Source of the DNA: Squalus acanthias
Taxonomy: Eukaryota
Assembly (NCBI GenBank): GCA_030390025.1
Contig: CM059432.1
Coordinates: forward strand, 22,818,001 to 22,882,000
Length of the DNA stretch: 64,000 nt
Direction of reading: 5' to 3'
The notes under the pieces: model-generated
What the model saw: only the letters and a program-made list of their open reading frames with translations
Told to the model about the DNA's origin: nothing
Databases searched by the model: none
Shown: positions 57,175 to 64,000 of the stretch, one piece after another
How positions within the stretch are numbered: position 1 is the first letter of the stretch
How the letters are laid out: every line of letters begins with the position of its first letter
Made by a program: the position numbers and the translations under genes

Positions 57175-60130
57175 TTAAATTTGTTTATGGGATGTGGGCG
57201 TCGCTGGTAAGGCCAGCATTTATTGCCCATCCCCAATTGCCATTGAGAAGGTGGTGGTGAGCCACCTTCTTGAACCGCTGCAGTCCGTGTGGTGAAGGTA
57301 CTCCCACAGTGCTGTTAGGTAGGGAGTTCCAGGATTTTGACCCAGCGACGATGAAGGATCGGCGATATACTTCTAAGTCAGGATGGTGTGTGACTTGGAG
57401 GGGAATTTGGAGGTGATGGTGTTCCCATGCACCTGCTGCCCTGTCCTTCTAGGTGGAAGAGGTCGCGGGTTTGGGAGGTGCTGTCTAAGAAGCCTTGGCG
57501 AGTTGCTGCAGTGCATCTTGTAGATGGTACACACTGCAGCCACGGTACGCCGATGGTGGAGGGATTGAATGTTTAAGGTGATGGATGGGGTGCCAATCAA
57601 GCGGGCTGCTTTGTCCTGGATGGTGTCGAGCTTCTTGAGTGTTGTTGGAGCTGCACTCATCCAGGCAAGTGGAGAGTATTCCATCACACTCTTTACTTGT
57701 GCCTTGTAGATGGTGGAAAGGTTTTGGGGAGTCAGGAGGTGAGAAACTCGCTGCAGAATACTAGCCTCTGACCTGCTCTTGTTACCACAGTATAATGCGG
57801 CTGGTCCAGTTAAGTTTCTGGTCAATGGTGACCCCCAGGGTGTTGATGGTGGGGGATTCGGTGATGGTAATGCCGTTGAATGTCAAGGGGCGGTGGTTAG
57901 ACTCTCGCTTGTTGGAGATAGTCATTGCCTGGCACTTCTGTGGCGCAAACGTTACCTGCCACTGATCAGCCCAAGCCTGAACGTCGTCCAGGTCTTTTTG
58001 CATGCGGGCATGGACTGCTTCATTATCTGAGGAGTTGTAAATGGCACTGAACACTGTGCAGTCATCAGCGAACATCCCCATTTCTGACCATCTGTTGGAG
58101 GGAAGGTCATTGATGAAGCAGCTGAAGATGGTTGGGCCTAGGACACTGCCCTGAGAAACTCCTGCAGCGATGTCCTGGGGCTGTGATGAATAACTTTCAA
58201 GCACCACAACCATCTTCCTTTATGCTAGGTGTGACTCCAGCCAGTAGAGTGTTTTCCCCCCTATTCCCATTGACTTCAGTTTTACTAGGGCTCCTTGATG
58301 CCACACTCGGTCAAACTCTCACCTCACCTCTGTAATTCAGCTCCTTTGTCCACGTTTGGACCAAGGCTGTAATGAGGTCGGGAGCCGAGTTATTCTGGCG
58401 GATCCAAAACTGGGCATCAGTGAGCAGGTTATTGGTGAGTACATGCTGCTTGATAGCACTGTCGATGACACCTTCCAACACTTTGCTGATGATTGAGAGT
58501 AGACTGATGGGGCAATAATTGGCCGGTTAGGATTTATCCTGCTTTTTGTGGACAGGACATACCTGGGCAGTTTTCCACATTGTCGGATAGATCTTCTTCT
58601 TAGGCAGTCACTCGGAATGGAGGATGACTTGCTTCCACACTAAAAATGAGTTCTCAGGTGACTGATGAGCCCAATGTGAGACCTAAATTCTCTGTCACAG
58701 GTGGGGCAGACGGTGGTTGAAGGGGCGGGTGGGTGGGGTGCTTGGGTTGACGTGCGCTCCTTCCGCTGTTTGCGCTTAGCTTCTGCTTGCTGCGGTGAAG
58801 AGACTCGAGGTGTTCGGCGCCTTCCTGGATGCTTCTCCTCCACTTTGTGTGGTCTTGGGCCAGGGATTTCCAGGTGTCGGTGGGGATGTTGCACTTTTTC
58901 AAGGAGGCTTTGAGGCTGTCCTTGATGCGTTTCCTCTGCCCACCTGGGGCTCTCTTGCCGTGTCAGAGCTCCGAGTAGAGTGCTTGTTTTGGGAGTCTCA
59001 TATCGGGCATGCGGACAATGAGGCCCGTCCATCGGAGCTGATCAAGCGTGGTCAAAGCTTTGATGCTGGGGATGTTGGCCTGAGTGAGAACACTGACGTT
59101 GGTGCGCATATCCTGCCAATGGATTTGCAGGATCTTGCGGAGGCAGCATTTGTGGTACCTCTCCAGTGCTTTGAGGTGCCTGCTGTACCTGGTCCATATC
59201 TCTGAAGCATACAGAAGGACAGGCATCACTACTGCTCTGTAGACCATGAGCTTGGTGCCGGGTTTGAGGTCCTGGTCTTCAAACACTCTCTGCCTCAGGC
59301 GACCGAAGACTGCACTGGCACACTGAAGGCGGTGTTGGTCTTTGTCATCGACGTCGGCCCTTGTTGACAGTAGGCTCCCGAGGTATGGAAAGTGGTCCAT
59401 GTTGTCCAATGCCTCGTCATGGATTTTGATAATCGGGGGACAGTACTGTGTGGCGGGGGCAGGTTGGTAGAGGACCTTTGTCTTACGGATGTTTAGTGTA
59501 AGGCCCATTCTCTCGTACGCTTCGGTGAAGGTGCTGACAATGGTTTGGAGTTCAGCCTCAGACTGTGCGCAGACGCAACCGTCATCTGCATACTGTAATT
59601 TGATGACAGAGGATGGGACAACCTTGGATCTGGACTGGAGGCGACGGAGGTTGAACAGTTTTCCGTCTGTTCTGTAGATTAGCTCCACTCCAGCGGGGAG
59701 CTTACTGAGGGTGAAATGGAGCATTGCAGCCAGGAAGATCGAGAAGAGCATTGGTGCGATGACACAGCCTTGCTTGACCCCGGTCCATGCGTGAATTGGG
59801 AATTGGTGGATCCGTTGGTCAGGATCACGGCTTGCATGTCATCGTGAAGCAGGCGGAGGATGGTGACAAACTTTTGAGGGCAGCCGAATTTGAGGAGGAC
59901 ACTCCATGCCAGTGTTGTAGCTGTACTGGAACAGCTTGGCTAGAGGCGCGGCTAGTTCTGGAGCACAAATCTTCAGCACGACAGCCAGGATGTTGTCGGG
60001 GCCCAAAGCCTTTGCTGTATCTAGTGCGCTCAGCCATTTCTTGATATCACGTGGAGTGAATCAAATTGGCTGAAGACTGGCTTCTGTGATGGTGGAGACC
60101 TCAGGAGGAGGCCAATATGGATCATCCACT
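57175..60130 (-). mobile_element. CR1-group LINE inserted in an L2 fragment (56980-57170 plus 60137-60230) and interrupted by an RTE
   Basis: GVSQGSVLGPTIFSCFINDLP, MFADDCT and LTPQNLSTIYKAQVKSVMEYSPLAW. The sequence is colinear across the RTE. Confidence 0.85.
58593..59905 (-). mobile_element. RTE-clade LINE 3' part
   Basis: GVKQGCVIAP, YRTDGKLFNLRRL, LQYADD, GLTLNIRKTKVL, LLYASEIW, QLRW; C-terminal CPTC..IGLISHLRTH; (aag)n tail. Confidence 0.92.
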
Positions 60131-61269
60131 CAACTCTTCCAGAGCTTAGGGCCTAGACGGCTGAAGGCACGGCCGCCAAAGGTGGGGTGAAGGAAGTAGG
60201 GGATACACATGAGGCCAGAGATGGAGTGAGCATTGCCGGAAAATGTAAACAACAGGTCAGAACAGATCAGCCGAACTATTATTCTCTTCCCTCGCGCTAT
60301 GGTAGAATTTCTCACTAACGTTCATTACTTAGGTTTATAATCGATAATGTGCACAATAGTGGTAATTTCACGAGCCTCTGCTCGTGGCGTGGAGTGCCGC
60401 TAATGGTGAGCACAGGTCATAGAATCAGGACTGCAGTCTTATAGCACTATCTCTAACTTGCATCTATTAAGGCTCCACGCTGAGAATAGCAATGTTTATC
60501 CCCTCTTCCAAATAAACTACAATGTTGTTGTGATAAGAAATTACCTCAATTGACTGTCAGGTATTGACTGATAACCCTTCAAATTTCTGTATCTTCCCTC
60601 TTTTTCTGTAGGTGGTGATTTGCGCAGGGTCTTTCAGTACGCCACACATGCATAAAATCAGGGTTTCAGTAAACAGTGTTCGAAGCAGGGATAAAGATGC
60701 CAATGAAAGGCCGTTCTCTCCAAAGTATGATTGAAAAACAACAATAAATGGAAGGAATGGACTCCTCCTGTATTGAATTGAGGAATTGAAGATGGCAAAC
60801 TGCTTGAACCTGTGATCTCTTCCTTCAACTGACCTGCCTAATCCCAACATTCAACACGTGCAACCATCCATCATTACTTTTTAAGGTGTTTTTTTAAATC
60901 TCATTTGTCACTGATATTATCTACTATTTGTGGCTATTGTATCAGTCTACAACAGTTTATCTGCAGAAAAATACATGCTTTAACCGATGTTGGTTGACCA
61001 ATGTTTGTTTAAAATGCATTAAATTTCACATTAAGGTTGTGAGGAAGGAAGCTATTTTTGTAGGTTATATCTTTGATTATCTTAAAACCTACCAGGGGTC
61101 CTAGTTCAATTTAATCTTGGAAATGTCTAACTTGTTCATCAAAATAAATTCAGCTCTTAAAATCTCTGTGACCGTTGCAAAGCTTGGATTTTATCTTCAA
61201 CAAGTGGACTTCCTGTGGCATTGTTCATATTGAGTCAAAGGTTTAAATGTGGTGTTAGAGTAAAAGGAA

Positions 61270-61660
61270 AGAAAGACTTGCATTTATATAGCATGATTGA
61301 CCACCTCAGAACATCCCAAAATGTTTTACAGCCAATGAAGCACTTTTTCAAGTGCAGTCACTGTTGTAATGTAGGAAATGTGGCAGCCAATTTGCGCACA
61401 GCAAGGTCCCACAAACAGCAATGAAATAAATGACCAGATAATCTGGTTTTAGGTGTTGGTTGAGGGAAGAAATATTGGCCAGGACACCGGGGAAAAAGCT
61501 TCTGCTCTTTTTTGAATAGTGCCATGGGATCTTTTACATCCACCTGAGAGAGCAGATGGGGCCTTGGTTTAACGTCTTATTCAAAAGATAGCATCTCTGA
61601 TAGTACAGCATTCCCTCAGTACTGCACTAAAGTGTCATCCTAGAATATGTGCTCAAGTGT
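61270..61660 (-). mobile_element. Deu-domain-like SINE fragment
   Basis: Reverse match to 8695-8970. Confidence 0.7.
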
Positions 61661-62200
61661 GAAGCTGTTAAAAAAGCATATGGGATCCTGCGTTTTATAA
61701 ATAGAGGCACAGATTACACAAGGAAGGAAGTTATGCTAAACCATTATAAATCATTGGTTAGGCCTTAGTTGGAGTATTGTGTTCAATTATGGCCACCACA
61801 CTTTAGGAAGGATGTCAAGGCCTTGGAAAGGGTGTAGAGGAGATTTACAAGAATGATATTAGGGATGAGGGACTTCAGTTAGATGGAGAGACTGGAGAAG
61901 CTGGGATTGTTCTCCTTACAGCAGAGAAGGTAATGTAATAGAGATGTTCAAAATAATGAAGGGTTTTGATAGAGTAGATAGGGAGAAACCTTTCCACTGT
62001 CAGGAGGGTCGGTAACCAGAGGAAACAGATTTAAGATAATTGGCAAAAGAACCAGAGTAAAGATGAGGAGAATTTTTTTTACGTAGCGAGTTGTTATGAT
62101 CTGGAATGCACTGTCAGAAAAGGTGGTGGAAACAGATTAAATAGTAACTTTCAAAAAAGAACTGTATATATACTTGGAAAGGAAAAATGTGCAGGGGTAC
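61660..62200 (+). mobile_element. CR1 fragment
   Basis: Similar to 32300-32730 and 36960-37480. Confidence 0.8.
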
Positions 62201-62980
62201 AAGAACAACAACTTGAATTTATATAGCACCTTTAACGTAGTCAAATGTCCCAAGGCGCTTCACAGGAGCGTTATCAAACTAAATTTGACACCAAGCCACA
62301 TAAGGAGATATTGGAGCAGATGACCAAAAGCTTGGTCAAAGAGGTAGGTTTTAAGGAGCGTCTTAAAGGAGGAAAGAGAGGTAAAGAGGCGGAGAGGTTT
62401 AGGGAGGGAATTCCAGAGCTTAGGGCCTTGGCAGCTGAAGGCACGACCGCCAATGGTGAAACGATTAAAATCGGGGATGCTCAAGAGGCCAGAATTGGAG
62501 GAGTGCAGATATCTCAGAGGGTTGTAGGGCTGGAGGAGATTGCAAAGACTGGGAGGGGTGAGGCCATGGAGAGATTTGAAAACAAGGATGACAATTTTAA
62601 TATTGAGGCATTATTTAACTGGGAGCCAATGTAGGTCAGTGAGCACAGGGGTAATGGGTGAACGGGATTTGGTACGAGTTAGGAAACGGGCAGCAGAGTT
62701 TTGGATGAACTCAAGTTTACGGAGGGTAGAAAATGAGAGGCCGGCCAGAAGTACGTTGCAATAGTCAAGTCGAGAGGTAACAAAGGCATGGATGAGGGTT
62801 TCAGCAGCAGATGAGCTGAGGCAGCGGTGGATTCGGGCGATGTTCCGGAGGTGGAAATAGGCGGTCATAGTGATGGCGCGGATATGTGCTCAGAAGCTCA
62901 TCTTGGGGTCAAATATGACACCAAGGTTGCGAACAGTCTGTTCAGCCTCAGATAGTTGCCAGAGAGAGGGATGGAGGCTA
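62200..62980 (-). mobile_element. L2 LINE 3' part
   Basis: AYFHLRNIARI, ETLIHAFVTSRLDYCNVLLAGL, IQNSAAR, PVLTDLHWLPV, GGRAFS..GPKLWNSLP, FKTLLKTYLF. Confidence 0.92.
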
Positions 62981-64000
62981 TGTGGAAAGAGCAGCGGAGT
63001 GGGACTAATTAGATAGCTCTTTCAAAAACCTGGCACAGGCACAATACGCTGAATAACCTTTTTCTGTACTGTATAATTTTATGATCCTGTAGTGGGGTTT
63101 GAACCCACAAACATCTGACTCAGAGGTGAGAATGCTACTACTGAGCCACAGGATTTCATAAGAAGCTTGTGAGCAATGTGCTGAGAGAGAATAAATTAAG
63201 GCCAGGAAAAGCCACGGCTATTTCAGCGTAATCCTGCTGTAACTTCGGTGGCCGACAGTGACTGGACCCCAATTTCCATATTAAAAAGGGCCTATCACCT
63301 GAAACAGGCGGGCGATTTGGACACCCAACAGTAGGCCCCTTTCAAAATGGAGCTGGCTGCGTCGTCGGTGTTAACGGGGCGCTAAGGCTACTGACCCCAT
63401 TTTGAGGCTCTTATCACCCCATTAACGCCAGGCAAAGGCAGTGAAAACTGACCTCAATTAGCTTAATTGTGAATTAAAGCTAAGAACCAGTCTGAAGCCC
63501 ATTTCACCTTCTTTGTCTAAGGGACGGGAGAACACTTATGAAACGAGATAAGGGGAAATAATCAATAAACAGCTGATACAGTATTATTGAAAAAAATGTT
63601 AGACCTGACCACAGTGTCACGTACACATAAGCTATGGTTCAATGTCCCCAAGAAATCCTTGGCCATTATCAAAATCAATTATTCAGTGCAAGTGTTGAAA
63701 ACATTATGTCACTTTGGACTAATGGGTTTAGTTATTTTAGGGAAAGGGTGAAAGTGCTATTTTTCCAATGTGAACTTGTCAGTGGAAAATGACAGCTACG
63801 AAAGAAAAAGATAAAGCATAAAAGCCTCCCGGTTTCACATCTGCTCATGCAGTGCAGTAATTTCTCAAGTGACATTTCGCCAAACAGTCAGATCTGCACC
63901 GTTCACAGTCCTGCCTGCAGTCTATTAAGTTTGACCTGATGATTCTCATGTAATGGTTCACCAGCAAATAGCAGAGAGATTGGCTTCACTGAGTGAATAT

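Overview
This is eukaryotic (vertebrate) intronic or intergenic DNA made almost entirely of nested transposable elements. The repeat types suggest a cartilaginous fish such as a shark, which is an inference. No host protein-coding gene could be identified. Main contents: (1) An apparently intact autonomous PIF/Harbinger DNA transposon (16976-21284, CAA TSD) with an uninterrupted 386-aa DDE transposase and a convergent 3-exon, 459-aa Myb/SANT gene, accompanied by many MITEs, deletion derivatives and decayed relatives. (2) A decayed Tx1-clade LINE (566-8648) that retains both termini and is inserted with a TSD into the tRNA-derived head of a SINE. (3) Penelope-like elements (RT + GIY-YIG), including short fold-back copies with 13-14 bp TSDs that carry minimal type-I hammerhead ribozyme motifs in both arms. 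(4) Many CR1, L2 and RTE LINE fragments, one with a ~600-aa intact CR1 RT frame. (5) Two probable solo LTRs and an old Tc1/mariner-like hairpin. All calls are by eye, and no database searches were run.
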